Source: an uncultured Chloroflexia bacterium | GTDB taxonomy: Bacteria > Chloroflexota > Anaerolineae > JAAYZQ01 | DNA: 64,000 nucleotides | Direction of reading: 5' to 3' | Assembly (NCBI GenBank): GCA_963700285.1 | Contig: CAVOXA010000015.1 | Location: 96,001-160,000, forward strand | In this document: piece by piece, positions 39,392 through 51,867 of the stretch | Layout of the letters: each line of letters opens with the position of its first letter | How positions within the stretch are numbered: the first letter of the stretch is position 1 | Notes under the pieces: generated by a model | Told to the model about the DNA's origin: nothing | What the model saw: only the letters and a program-made list of their open reading frames with translations | The model's database searches: none | Made by a program: the position numbers and the translations under genes

Positions 39392-40041
39392 TCAGGAGAG
39401 CAGTGTCGTGAGGATCTCCTCCCAGCAGGTAAACAGGAGGAAATGGCCCTCACCCGGGAGGAACGTGGTCTGGCAGTTTGGAAGCGCAGATGCCATGTAC
39501 CGGGCCATGGCCGGAGGGGTACTGGTATCCTCCTCGCCGTGCCGGAGATGGATCTCGATCTCGATATCTTCCAAACGGAAACCCCATGGCTGGGCCAGGA
39601 TCTGTACCTCCCAGGCGTAACCCTGGATACCGCTCCGGGTCGCCTCGGCATAGCTGGACATCAGCATCTCCCGAAATTCTGTCTGGGCGAGCAGAACCTG
39701 ATCGGCTGGGGGATTGTGGGCTGTGTTCTGTGCAAAGAACCGTTCGGGATTTCTGCGACCTCTACCTCGTCAGATGGCCAATCCAGCAGCCTGCGCCCGG
39801 GCTGAAAGTCAGACAGTCCAAAGCCCGGTCGATCCATCATGATCAGCCGGGCACCCAGGGATCTGGTTAGGTCCTTGTCAGGGTGGAGTAGCCGCGAACT
39901 GGGGGTACCCTGAAAGAGGAATACGGGCTTGCCCGTTGGGTCGCCATACTCGGCGTAGCCTAGAAGCCGCCCGTCATGCAGTCGTATCTGCCAGCCATCA
40001 CGACCATGGAAAATGCGCTCCTGTCGAACGTATTCGTCCAT
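39392..40041 (-). pseudogene. Alpha/beta hydrolase pseudogene with an internal deletion
   Basis: N-terminal DGRLLGYAEYGDP and DRPGFGLSD and C-terminal PWGF.LEDI...HGEED...PGEGH lie in different frames; the GxSxG region is missing. Confidence 0.75.
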
Positions 40042-40115
40042 CCCGGGAAAAGACTTCTTGCCGACCAATTCTCCAGCACCTTGTTCCTTGTCCTTGGCAG
40101 CACCCTGTACCGATT

Positions 40116-41681
40116 CTACTGTCGCGAACCCCGGATCAGGCCGTGGCACCAGGCCCAGCCTCGGTGCCAGAGGACGCGGATCTCCTCTACCTTAAAGAGG
40201 TAGGAAGTGAGGAAAAAAGCGGCGCCGCCCAGTACCCCGGCAGTAGCCAGATAAACGATCAGCGCGACCAGCCCTTTGCTACCGGCCAGGTCTTCACCGA
40301 ATCGGAGGAAGGCCCAAAGGGTCGCCGCGGTGGCCAGCGAAGCCAGCACCATCTGCCCGGTAAAGGGCCCAAACGGAGCCAGGCGGAACTCGGGCACCCG
40401 GCGCCCAAATATGAACAACAGGACCAGGACCTTCAGGCCCTTTGCTACAGCCACAGCCAGAGCGATGCCTCCCAACCCAAAGGTCGCCAGCAGTGGTGGA
40501 ATGAGGGCCACGTTGAGGAGAAAGGCGGCGATGTCAGTGATCACAGGTGTGAGCGTATCCTGGCGGGCAAAGAAGAATTGGACGACAATGACCTCCAGGG
40601 CGAAGGGCAGGAGGGCCATGGAGTAAAAGAGCAGTGGCCCAGCCGTCAACTGCGTCGAGGCGGCGGTAAATGCCCCCCGCTCAAAAAGAAGCCGTACAAA
40701 GGGCTCGCGGAGCACCATCAGCCCCATCGTCACTGGCAGGAAGAGCAGTGTGAGCGCCCGAACCGACCCGGACAGAGTCCTGGCCAGCGCCTGGTTGTCC
40801 TGCTTGGCCGCCATCTCGGCTGAGAAGGGCAGCAATACCAGCGCTAGAGCATAGGGCACGATAGTGGTCAACGTTTCCGCGATCTTGCGGGCGTAGGCCA
40901 GGGCCGATACGCCCCCCACGCCAACCCTGCTGGCAAAGGCATTCTCCACCAGCGGGCCGACGAACAGCGACAGGCTGAGGGCCACCAACAGCGGTGCAGC
41001 CAGACGGCCCACCCTTCGCACCGGAGGAAAACCCAGATCCAGGCCAGGACGGAGCCTGCGCAGGTGGCGACTGAGCCCCAGTGTTTCAAAGACCAACTTG
41101 CCCAGGGCGCCCAGTGTTACGCCCAAAGCCAGCCCCGGCACCCCGCCCAGTACCAGGAAAAAGACCAAGGGCCCTGCCCGAAAACTGGCCATAGAGAGGG
41201 CCGGCAGCGCGAAGCGCTTCTGGGCATGAAGCGCTGCTGTGGTCAGTGTCGAGAGCCCGAGGAACAACAGGGCCGGCATCACCAGCCGTGTCAAACGTAC
41301 TGTCAAATCGTACTGCTGACCCGAAAACCCGGGAGCTGCAACCGAGATCAGGGGGGCGGCCAGCAGTACGCCAGCGACAGTCGCGGCTCCCAGCAGTAGC
41401 AGCAGCAACGTACCAACCACACTAAACAGCCGCCAGCCATCCCGGATCGATGCGCCCAGTGTGCGTACAAAAGTGGGCAGGAACGAAGGCTCGATGACTT
41501 CGCGCAGGACAATGTAGGCGCTGAAAGGGATGGTGTAGGCCACCAGGTAGGCATCGACTTCGATGCCCGTCCCGAAAAAGTTGGCCAGCAGGATCTTTTC
41601 GACAAAGCCCAGCCCCTTGACGATCAGGGCGATGGCCGTCACCATCGTCGTAGCTTGTACGATCCTCTTGACATCAAGCAT
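40116..41681 (-). CDS. murJ: MurJ/MviN lipid II flippase family protein
   Basis: GFVEKILLANFFGTG..DAYLVA..IP, LLFERGAFT and FFA.QDT.TP motifs. Confidence 0.8.
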   Translation of the reverse strand: MLDVKRIVQATTMVTAIALIVKGLGFVEKILLANFFGTGIEVDAYLVAYTIPFSAYIVLREVIEPSFLPTFVRTLGASIRDGWRLFSVVGTLLLLLLGAATVAGVLLAAPLISVAAPGFSGQQYDLTVRLTRLVMPALLFLGLSTLTTAALHAQKRFALPALSMASFRAGPLVFFLVLGGVPGLALGVTLGALGKLVFETLGLSRHLRRLRPGLDLGFPPVRRVGRLAAPLLVALSLSLFVGPLVENAFASRVGVGGVSALAYARKIAETLTTIVPYALALVLLPFSAEMAAKQDNQALARTLSGSVRALTLLFLPVTMGLMVLREPFVRLLFERGAFTAASTQLTAGPLLFYSMALLPFALEVIVVQFFFARQDTLTPVITDIAAFLLNVALIPPLLATFGLGGIALAVAVAKGLKVLVLLFIFGRRVPEFRLAPFGPFTGQMVLASLATAATLWAFLRFGEDLAGSKGLVALIVYLATAGVLGGAAFFLTSYLFKVEEIRVLWHRGWAWCHGLIRGSRQ

Positions 41682-41750
41682 ACGCGAAAAGGGCCAAGTT
41701 TAAGGACCAGGGCTTCGTCCCTGGCTCAAGCTTGGCCTCAACCTCAGTAC

Positions 41751-43592
<1,842 letters not shown>

Positions 43593-43719
43593 GTGGTTTT
43601 CCCTCCTGTTGACAAATCACAGGCGGCTCGAGGCTTGCAGCACGTAGCCCCGTGGCTACCTGCTGTACAGTTCTTGGAACCTGCAACCTGTCGCTTGTAC
43701 TTGGTACAACCAACCACTG

Positions 43720-43957
43720 CGCGGGCCCTTTGTCCCGCCGGTTGCCCGGCGGTTTTGTACGGCGCGCTTGTTCCCAGGAGGGGAAGGTACGGGCCGTGGC
43801 CGTGGCCCGGGAGGCATCCGCTGATCACTCGATTTTCGGATCGATTTTGTTGTGCGCTGTCGCAACAAAGACGACGCGAACCCCGCCTTGCGGCTGAGGA
43901 CCTCCTCCTCGTCAACCTTACCATCCTACCAATGGGAGGGTAAGGCCCATGCGCTGG
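43720..43957 (-). ncRNA. glmS ribozyme (GlcN6P-activated) with an expanded internal segment
   Basis: Minus strand: AGCGC...GTTGACGAGGAGGAGG...ATCGAG..TCAGCGGATGCCTCCCGG...ACAAAACC..GGCAAC..GGACAAA, directly upstream of glmS. Confidence 0.9.
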
Positions 43958-44021
43958 CTTCCCCTGTTCACACTGCTACGTTCCGAGTCTCTGTCCCCGA
44001 GGGCACCTCCTTTCACTGGCT

Positions 44022-45935
44022 AGCTCTCTCGGAAAGTCCCACAACCCCCGTTTACGCGGGGAAGACAGCTTGAGACCTCCCACGTTTTAAGATTTCACCC
44101 CCAATCTGCCTGTGTGGCATGATAGGCACGACGGTATCCAATTCCACGTGCCTGGCTCACTCCAGGCAGAAAGGGGGCTACTCATGATACCACCACTCTT
44201 CTCGCACAAGCGCTATGTCCGCTCTGCGCTTGCCTATTCGCGCCGCCACGGCGGCCTGCGCACCGACCATCGGCACTACCACGTCTGGCAGAAGCTGAAA
44301 GAGACCAACCTGGACCACGCCTATCCCCTCCTGGCTACTCTCTATTCGGACACGTTGGGATGCCTGGGCCGCGATCCCGTCTCCATGCTCCGCTCTTGTC
44401 TGGCGATGATGCTCTGCGGTGTCACCAGCTTCACCGTCTGGGTCGGAATGATGCGCGATGACCGCTTCTATGCGCTCATCAGCGGCTTCCATCCCGACGA
44501 CACGCCAGGGGTTGGCACCTTCTACGACTTCCAAGACCGCCTCCTGCAACGTCCCCGTCAGGCCCCGCACCACGACTCGCCGTCCCTACCAAAGTCGAGA
44601 CCAGCGGGACAAGGCCAAACAGCACAAGGACAAGAACGATCTGCGCCCTCACAAGGACATTGTCAACCGCCTGGCCGACCGGATCCTGGCTCGCCCTTTC
44701 CCCAACATCCCTGTGGCCGCCACCCTGGAAGGCTACAGTGACTTCTCAGCCCTCCCGACCCACGAACAGACTCTTGCATTGCATCTTCTTCGCTAGCTTT
44801 GTTGCCCGTTCCGTGGACCTGAACCTTATCGACCTCGACAATCTCCACGTCGCTGGCGACGGAACCAAGCTCGCCACCTGGGCCAATGCCCGGGGCAAGA
44901 AGCTCTGCTCCTGTGACAACAAGGGCAAGAAAGCGAAAGAGCGTTGTCGCTGTCTACGGCTTACCACGACGCCCACGCCCTCTGGGGCTGGGACAGCTAC
45001 CGTGAATGCTGGGTCTACGGCCACAGCCTCTACGAACTCACGCCTACAGCCTCCAGCATCGCTGCCAACTGCCTCTCGTCGTTTCCCTGGCCGATTGCAA
45101 CCGCCACGACAGCGTCCACTGCCTCGCGACTCCATCTATCGCGCCTGGGAAACCTTCGGCCTCTTCCTCCAAACCGCTTCCCTGGATGCGGCCCACGATG
45201 CGCTGGGGCTCTTTCGCCTGGCTACTCAGCGCTGGCATATGGCCCTCGTCGTACCCCTCAACGAGCGCAACAAGGACAATCTCCGCTACGCCGGTCCCTT
45301 GCGACTCGAAAAGGGCGTCCCCATCTGCCAGGCTGGCTTGGCCATGAAGCATTGGGGCTTCTGCCCCGACCGCTTGCGTCTCAAATGGCGCTGCCCCTTG
45401 GCCGCCGCCAAGAAGACCCCAGACCTCACCACTTGTCCTCACTTCGCCAAGGACTGTTCGGACTCTGCCTACGGCCGCGTCATCTACACCTACCCCAAGG
45501 AAAACTATCGCCTCCACACGCTCATCCCCAGAGATAGCGACCTCTGGGATCTCCACAAAGACGCCCGCTCCTGTGCCGAACGTTCCGTCAAACGCAAGAA
45601 GAACGATTTCCATCTCCTTGAGACCCGCACCGCTGGCCGCGACCGCTGGTTCTTCCGCGTCATGCTCGCTGCCATGTGTCAGCACATTTGCGCTTGGGTT
45701 ACTCACGCTGCCGACCGCTTGAACTGAACAGTCGAGCGGCAGTCAACAACCTATGATCGGTGCCCTAGCCCGGTGACCTCGTCACGATGGCTAGTACCCC
45801 CTGGCTTGTTAACGTTCTCTCAACATTTGTCAGATTCGATTAGCCACTCACAACTGCTAACCATGCCTCTCCACAGCTATCAATCTCTTACTAGCTGTCT
45901 CTGACTGTCATCGCTCACGACTTTCCGAGAGATCT
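44022..45935 (+). mobile_element. Insertion sequence (DDE, IS4/IS5-like or unclassified)
   Basis: Terminal IRs AGCTCTCTCGGAAAGTC / GACTTTCCGAGAGATCT (16/17 match), with CTAG at both boundaries. Confidence 0.8.
44184..45727 (+). CDS. DDE transposase (several frameshifts)
   Basis: TPGVGTFYDF, AGDGTK, LDAAHD and R.CAERSVKR motifs across frames. Confidence 0.8.
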
Positions 45936-45947
45936 CTAGCAGACCCC

Positions 45948-45976
45948 ATTATAGGATGGAACGTTGAAAAGCGCAA
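45948..45976 (-). promoter_or_regulatory. Probable native glmS promoter, now separated from the leader by the IS
   Basis: TTGCGC-17 nt-TATAAT pointing into the IS right end, 8 nt from the CTAG. Confidence 0.55.
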
Positions 45977-46120
45977 ATCACCCGCCAGCGCCTATCGGGT
46001 ACGGCCACCACACAGTTTTCGCTGGGCTTGATCTTCAGCATCTTCTGTGCGATAATGTTATCCAAGTTCAGATGCGAATGGTAGTAACGTGCGGACCTTC
46101 AGGTGAGAAAGGCAAGAAGG

Positions 46121-46435
46121 ATGAGTACTGAACAGGCCGCATGGACACAATTGCATTCACTGGCACAGCGGGCCAGGCAAGCGGGTACAACTCACCAGCA
46201 GTTGGATGTTCAGCTCTCACCAGAGGAGAGCGCTGTGCTGGCTGAAGTGCTGGAAGCCGCATTGGACATGGTGGTTGCCATGGCGGGTCAGCCACACCTG
46301 GATCTGAGCGAGCCCGACAACAGAGAACTGGCCCTTCTGGCCATGCAAGGGGGATCCTTTGACTGGCTGGCCAATGAGCCTGACCTCTACACGGATGATG
46401 ACCTGGTGGAGCACTTTGAATGGGCAAAAGTCTGA
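46121..46435 (+). CDS. Putative antitoxin
   Basis: Small acidic protein with C-terminal GGSFDWLANEPDLYTDDD, overlapping a mazF-like gene. Confidence 0.6.
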   Translation: MSTEQAAWTQLHSLAQRARQAGTTHQQLDVQLSPEESAVLAEVLEAALDMVVAMAGQPHLDLSEPDNRELALLAMQGGSFDWLANEPDLYTDDDLVEHFEWAKV

Positions 46436-46773
46436 GCTGAGGGTCTGTTGTACTAGCCGTTTACCCCTTCACTGATCTGTCATCGGCCAAACGTCGCCCG
46501 GCTCTGGTAGTGTCTGCCACCGAGCGTCCGGGCCGGGACTGTATCCTGGCCTTCATCACATCCCGTGCGGGACTCGTTGAGGTAACCGATCTGGTACTTG
46601 ACCCTGCTGATCGGTACTTTTCGGGTACAGGGCTGCGGGTACCATCGAGGGTTCGCTGTGACAGGCTGATGACGTTGGACTGATCTCTTCTGGTAGGCCG
46701 TCTGGGGCATCTCAGCAAGCGCCACATGGACAAAGTAGACATCCGGCTAAAAGCCGCGTTGGACCTGCAATAG
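46420..46773 (+). pseudogene. PemK/MazF-family toxin interrupted by two in-frame TGA codons (46438, 46681)
   Basis: G.VVLAVYPFTDLSSAKRRPALVVS...AFITS...TGLRVPSRVRCDRLMTLD. Confidence 0.8.
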
Positions 46774-47439
46774 CCACCCCACCGTTGTAGCCTGCTCCAG
46801 GCTCGATCTGCATCGGTCAGGGCCAAGATTGCGCCGTACTAGCCTCGTATCGAAAAAGCAAGCTATCCTGCACCTACTTTGCGCCAACAGTTCACGCAAT
46901 TGAAACTGCTTTTTTTCTGTTGAGACGCAGCGCAGGACTGACGGTCCTGTTGTACTCTTCTCAGAATTGGCGATCTCCCGATCGACTGCTGCTCCTAGCG
47001 CCACTCTCCCCTGCTGGTAAGCATCCTGCATGTGCCAGCGGCACCGGGCGCAAGATCCCGTTTTGCGCTACATCCAGAGCCCACTCCGGGGGCTTTATCG
47101 GGAGAGATCTCGGAGGGCTGTCCTAGCTGCAGGCAATCATCCGCTCTTGGAACGGCTGTGTGGACCCTTTCTCACTCTTGGGGAGGCGTGACCCTGCAGA
47201 GAAGAACAGCGGATTGGCAGGATGAAGGGATCGAGACAGCGGATGCCAAGATCCGCCAATCCTGCCCATCCGATGTTTCCACCCCCAAAGGACAATGGAT
47301 CAGAGGACAATGGACGGTGGTTCGCGGCCCTGCGGCGGCAGCGCGGCGGCACAGCGGAAGCCCACGTTGAGGTTCTGGGCCGGCGATCTGAGGAGGGCAG
47401 AGCCCCCGTCAGAAGCCCAGGAACCAGGAGCTCAGAAGC

Positions 47440-47690
47440 TCACCCTCCTGGCAAACCGGTACAACGAAAGCCGATGCTGTCGTGGCTGCTGGCCGGGTTG
47501 TTGAGGTCGCGGTCCGCCGCGCGCACGTGGTTCGCATTGTCGGACCACGAACCGCCACGCAGCACCTTATACGCCCCGCTGTCCGGCCCTGGCGCGTTGC
47601 GATAAGGCGAGACGCTGTAGTAGCTGGCGTCGTACCAGTCGGCCACCCACTCCCACACATTGCCGGCCATGTCCAGCGCCCCATTCAGTG
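47440..47690 (-). pseudogene. C-terminal fragment of an FGE-sulfatase (SUMF1/CLec-fold) domain gene
   Basis: NGALDMAGNVWEWVADWY...VLRGGSW...R...R.....IGFRC; N-terminus absent. Confidence 0.8.
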
Positions 47691-47718
47691 ACATCCTGTA
47701 ATGAGTCAAATCGGATAC

Positions 47719-48034
47719 TTGACAAATTCCCGAAACCGGTTATAATAGGACCCAACCAAACAGTCCGAACGCATTGATCAGGACGAGTAGGCGGCGTAAA
47801 GCGCCAGAGAGTGTGGGCCACCGGCTGGAAGCCTGCACCGCTGGAAACCGTCGAAAACCACCTGGGAGTGAGTCCTTCAAATTGCTGGCTTTCTCTCGGC
47901 AAGAGTATGGGCCTCCGGTTGGCTCCGTTACCAGCCAATGAGATGGGTGTCAACGACTATTTTGTCGTAGGCTGGCCAACTTGGGTGGAACCGCGTGAGT
48001 GAGCCTCTCGCCCCATGGGTGAGGGCTTTTTTTG
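47719..48034 (+). promoter_or_regulatory. Promoter plus T-box leader (Thr specifier) with terminator
   Basis: TTGACA-16-TATAAT; AGTA/AGAGAG/GCTGGAA stem I motifs; ACC specifier near 47850; T-box AACTTGGGTGGAACCGCG (47979-47996); terminator hairpin with T-tract (48003-48033). Confidence 0.9.
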
Positions 48035-48180
48035 TTGGTACAAAGATGGCCTGAAAGACATGTAAGGGGGTAGCAGATTTGACCGACGACGATGGGACCA
48101 CAGCAACAGTTTTCAGTCGCATAGGCGACGGGCACTTTTGCTACCCTGTTGCCAACCTGTAACCCGAGGAGGAGCGTAAA

Positions 48181-49971
48181 ATGGCACCTGGAAATCGCGA
48201 CCACGACGAACAACTGTATAAACTGCGGCACTCTACGGCCCACGTGATGGCTGAGGCCGTCCTGGAGATGTTCCCAGAAGGAAAACTGGCCTTTGGCCCA
48301 CCCGTCGAAAATGGTTTCTACTACGATTTCGACCTGCCCCGGGCACTGTCGACTGAGGATCTGGCCGAGATCGAAGAGCGGATGAAAACCATCATCAAGG
48401 GCAAGTATCCCTTTGAGCATCGCGACGTCAGTGTGAACGAAGCCAAGGAGATGTTTGTCGACCAGCCGTACAAGATCGACCAGATCGACAAGCTCGCTTC
48501 CGGCCAGGAAGACGAGCACGGCGAGGCCGGCGCTGAACCGGTCAGTAGTCTGTCGATCTATACCCACCGCAATTTCACAGACCTGTGCCGTGGTCCCCAC
48601 CTGGAGAACACGGGACAGATCTCGTGGAACGCCTTCAAGCTGCTTAATGTCGCAGGCGCCTACTGGCGCGGCGACGAGAACCAGGCCATGCTGCAGCGCA
48701 TCTACGGTACGGTCTGGCCTACCAAAAAGGAGCTAAGGGAGCACCTGGCCTGGCTGGAGGAGGTTGAAAAGCGCGATCACCGGCGCCTCGGGAAAGAGTT
48801 GGACCTGTTCAGTTTCCACGAGGATGCTGGCGCTGGCCTGGTTTATTGGCACCCCATGGGTGCGCGGGTTCGGGCCGTCATCGAGGACTATTGGCGGCAA
48901 CAGCACTATAAAGGTGGCTATGAAGTAGTCTACACGCCTCACATCGGCCGGGATCGCCTTTGGCAGACGAGCGGGCACCTTGATTTTTTCTGGGACAGCA
49001 TGTACTCGCCGATGGACATCGATGGCATGGACTACTATATCAAGCCGATGAACTGCCCGTTCCACATCAAGATCTACCAGAGCAAGCGCCGCAGCTACCG
49101 CGAACTGCCTATGCGCTGGGCCGAATTGGGTACAGTCTATCGCTATGAGAGAAGTGGTGTGCTGCACGGACTGCTGCGGGTGCGTGGCTTTACCCAGGAT
49201 GACGCTCACATCTTTTGCACGCCGGGACAGGTTGAAGGCGAGGTTCTGGAGGTGCTTCGCTTCTCCCTGCGATTGCTCGAAGCCTTTGGCTTCTCAGATG
49301 TCAAGGCCTACCTGGCGACGAGGCCCGAAAAGGCTCCCGGCGAATTGGAGCGTTGGGAGCAGGCCACGGAGGCGCTGAAACGTGCCATCGCCGTCGAAGA
49401 GCTGCCGTACGAACTGGATGAGGGCGGGGGCGCCTTTTACGGTCCCAAGATCGACCTCAAATTGCGCGATGCCCTGGGCCGCGAATGGCAGATGACGACG
49501 ATCCAGTTCGATTTTAACCTGCCAGAGCGATTTGACCTGAAATACATCGGACCCGATGGCCAGGAGCACCGGCCCTACATGGTCCACCGTGCGCTGCTGG
49601 GGTCTATTGAGCGCTTTTTCGGGGTGCTCATTGAGCATTATGGTGGAGCCTTCCCCGTCTGGTTGGCGCCGGTGCAGGCCAAGATCATCCCTATCGCGGA
49701 CCGGCACAATGACTATGCCTACCAGGTGGCGGCGCAATTGAAGGCGGCCGGCCTGCGGGTGGAGGTCAATGATTCCAATGATCGGATGCAGGCCAAGATC
49801 CGCGATGCCCAGCTCCAAAAAGTGCCGTACATGCTCATCATGGGTGACCGGGAAGTGGAGAACGAGGCAGTGGCCGTGCGTCTGAGGAGCGGTGAGGATA
49901 TGGGAGCGCAGAGCGTCGCTGATTTTTCAGCCATGGCCCAATCAGCCGTTGCTGAGAGGCGTGACGTGTAG
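48181..49971 (+). CDS. thrS: Threonine--tRNA ligase
   Basis: RHSTAHVMA, DLCRGPH, RDHRRLG, KPMNCP, RVRGFTQDDAH and GAFYGPKID motifs. Confidence 0.98.
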   Translation: MAPGNRDHDEQLYKLRHSTAHVMAEAVLEMFPEGKLAFGPPVENGFYYDFDLPRALSTEDLAEIEERMKTIIKGKYPFEHRDVSVNEAKEMFVDQPYKIDQIDKLASGQEDEHGEAGAEPVSSLSIYTHRNFTDLCRGPHLENTGQISWNAFKLLNVAGAYWRGDENQAMLQRIYGTVWPTKKELREHLAWLEEVEKRDHRRLGKELDLFSFHEDAGAGLVYWHPMGARVRAVIEDYWRQQHYKGGYEVVYTPHIGRDRLWQTSGHLDFFWDSMYSPMDIDGMDYYIKPMNCPFHIKIYQSKRRSYRELPMRWAELGTVYRYERSGVLHGLLRVRGFTQDDAHIFCTPGQVEGEVLEVLRFSLRLLEAFGFSDVKAYLATRPEKAPGELERWEQATEALKRAIAVEELPYELDEGGGAFYGPKIDLKLRDALGREWQMTTIQFDFNLPERFDLKYIGPDGQEHRPYMVHRALLGSIERFFGVLIEHYGGAFPVWLAPVQAKIIPIADRHNDYAYQVAAQLKAAGLRVEVNDSNDRMQAKIRDAQLQKVPYMLIMGDREVENEAVAVRLRSGEDMGAQSVADFSAMAQSAVAERRDV

Positions 49972-50111
49972 TCACGCCTCTGCCGGCCGATGCCTTCGAT
50001 TGCCAGCAGGCTGAGATGGGTATCTGAATAGGAAACCTCTGCAGTTCACACGCGAAAGGGCTGACAGGTACACATCGAACCAGTATCTGCGAAACGAAAA
50101 GGAGGGGAAAC

Positions 50112-51791
50112 ATGTGCGCTAAATACGCCATCGGCGTGGACTTTGGCACCGAGTCGGGGCGCGCAGTACTAGTGGATGTGGCGAATGGTCGGGAGATTGT
50201 CACGGCCGTACATCCCTATGCCAACGGCGTGATTGATGAGGTACTTCCTGACAGCGACATCCGCCTCGAGCCAGACTGGGCATTACAGGATCCCAACGAT
50301 TACCTGGAGGTATTCAAAAAAGCGATTCCCGCCGTTCTCGATGAGGGCAGGGTCGATCCTGGCGACGTGGTGGGCCTGGGGATTGACTTTACCGCTTGCA
50401 CGATGCTGCCTACCAAGGCCGACGGTACTCCCCTGTGTTTCCTGCCCGAGTGGCGGGAGAATCCGCACGCCTGGGTGAAACTGTGGAAGCACCATGCGGC
50501 CCAACCTGAGGCAAACAAGCTGAATGAGACGGCGCGGGAACAGGGTTATACTTTCTTGGACCGCTATGGGGGCAAGATCAGTTCCGAGTGGTTCTTCCCC
50601 AAGGCCTGGCAAATCCTGGATGAGGCACCCTCAGTGTATGCTGCGGCTGACCGGTTGCTGGAAGGCGCAGATTGGGTGGTGTGGCAGCTCACTGGCGAGG
50701 AGAAGCGAAACTCGTGCACTGCTGGTTATAAGGCTATCTGGTCCAAGCGGGAGGGATTTCCCTCCAGTGAGTTCTTCAAGGCCTTGGATCCGCGCATGGA
50801 ACAGATCGTCGACGAAAAGATGGCACACGCGATCTACCCCCTGGGCGCCAACGCTGGAGGGCTGAGCGATGAGGCTGCGCACTGGACAGGGCTGAAGCCA
50901 GGAACGGCGGTAGCCATTGCCAATGTGGATGCCCACGTATCCGTACCTGCTGCGACCGTCGCCGAACCAGGGCGCATGGTTATTATCATGGGTACCTCCA
51001 ACTGTCATATGGTGCTGGCTACCGAGGAGCGGATCGTACCGGGTATGTGCGGCTATGTTGAGGATGGCATCATTCCCGGGTTCTTTGGCTACGAGGCAGG
51101 GCAATCATGCGTCGGGGATCATTTTGCCTGGTTCGTGGAAAACTGCGTGCCGGGCGCCTACGAGCGGGAGGCGCAGGCCAGAAACCTCAGTATCCACGAA
51201 TTGCTCGAAGATAAAGCTGCCCGCCTCAGGCCAGGCGAAAGTGGATTGCTGGCCCTAGATTGGTGGAACGGCAACCGCAGCGTCTTGGTGGATGTGGATC
51301 TGACCGGCATGCTCCTAGGCGCCACGCTGGCTACCAAGCCAGAGGAGATCTATCGGGCCCTCATTGAGGCCACCGCCTATGGAACCCGGATCATCATCGA
51401 TACTTTTGAGGCCAACGGTGTGCCAGTGAAAGAGATCGTAGCCACTGGAGGGCTGCCCGATCGCAACCGGCTATTGATGCAGGTCTATGCCGACGTCACA
51501 GGACGTTCCATCCACATTGCGGCAACGAGCCAGGGCGGTGCCCTGGGCTCGGCCATGCATGCTGCTGTGGCCGCAGGAAGCGACGCTGGCGGCTACGACT
51601 CTATCGTGAAAGCGGCCCAGCGGATGGCACACTTGCGCCAGGAAGCCTACCACCCGAGTGGGGAGAACAAAGAGATCTATGATGAACTCTTTGCCGAGTA
51701 CGTCGCCCTGCATGACTATTTTGGCCGGGGGGCGAACGATGTGATGAAGCGTTTGAAGGCACGAAGGGCAAAGATCCTTTCCGAGTCGTAG
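50112..51791 (+). CDS. araB: L-ribulokinase
   Basis: [34 protein letters not shown] and LDWWNGNRS motifs. Confidence 0.92.
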   Translation: MCAKYAIGVDFGTESGRAVLVDVANGREIVTAVHPYANGVIDEVLPDSDIRLEPDWALQDPNDYLEVFKKAIPAVLDEGRVDPGDVVGLGIDFTACTMLPTKADGTPLCFLPEWRENPHAWVKLWKHHAAQPEANKLNETAREQGYTFLDRYGGKISSEWFFPKAWQILDEAPSVYAAADRLLEGADWVVWQLTGEEKRNSCTAGYKAIWSKREGFPSSEFFKALDPRMEQIVDEKMAHAIYPLGANAGGLSDEAAHWTGLKPGTAVAIANVDAHVSVPAATVAEPGRMVIIMGTSNCHMVLATEERIVPGMCGYVEDGIIPGFFGYEAGQSCVGDHFAWFVENCVPGAYEREAQARNLSIHELLEDKAARLRPGESGLLALDWWNGNRSVLVDVDLTGMLLGATLATKPEEIYRALIEATAYGTRIIIDTFEANGVPVKEIVATGGLPDRNRLLMQVYADVTGRSIHIAATSQGGALGSAMHAAVAAGSDAGGYDSIVKAAQRMAHLRQEAYHPSGENKEIYDELFAEYVALHDYFGRGANDVMKRLKARRAKILSES

Positions 51792-51867
51792 ACGATCCCT
51801 TGGCCTGTGTTACATCTGCAGGGAATGGGGCGTTGGCAACCGGGGCTGGAAAAAAGAGGAGGGAGAA

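Noticed and set aside
46438-46683. Selenocysteine reading of the two TGA codons in the mazF-like gene
   Set aside because: The positions correspond to Arg rather than Cys in this family, and no convincing SECIS hairpin is seen
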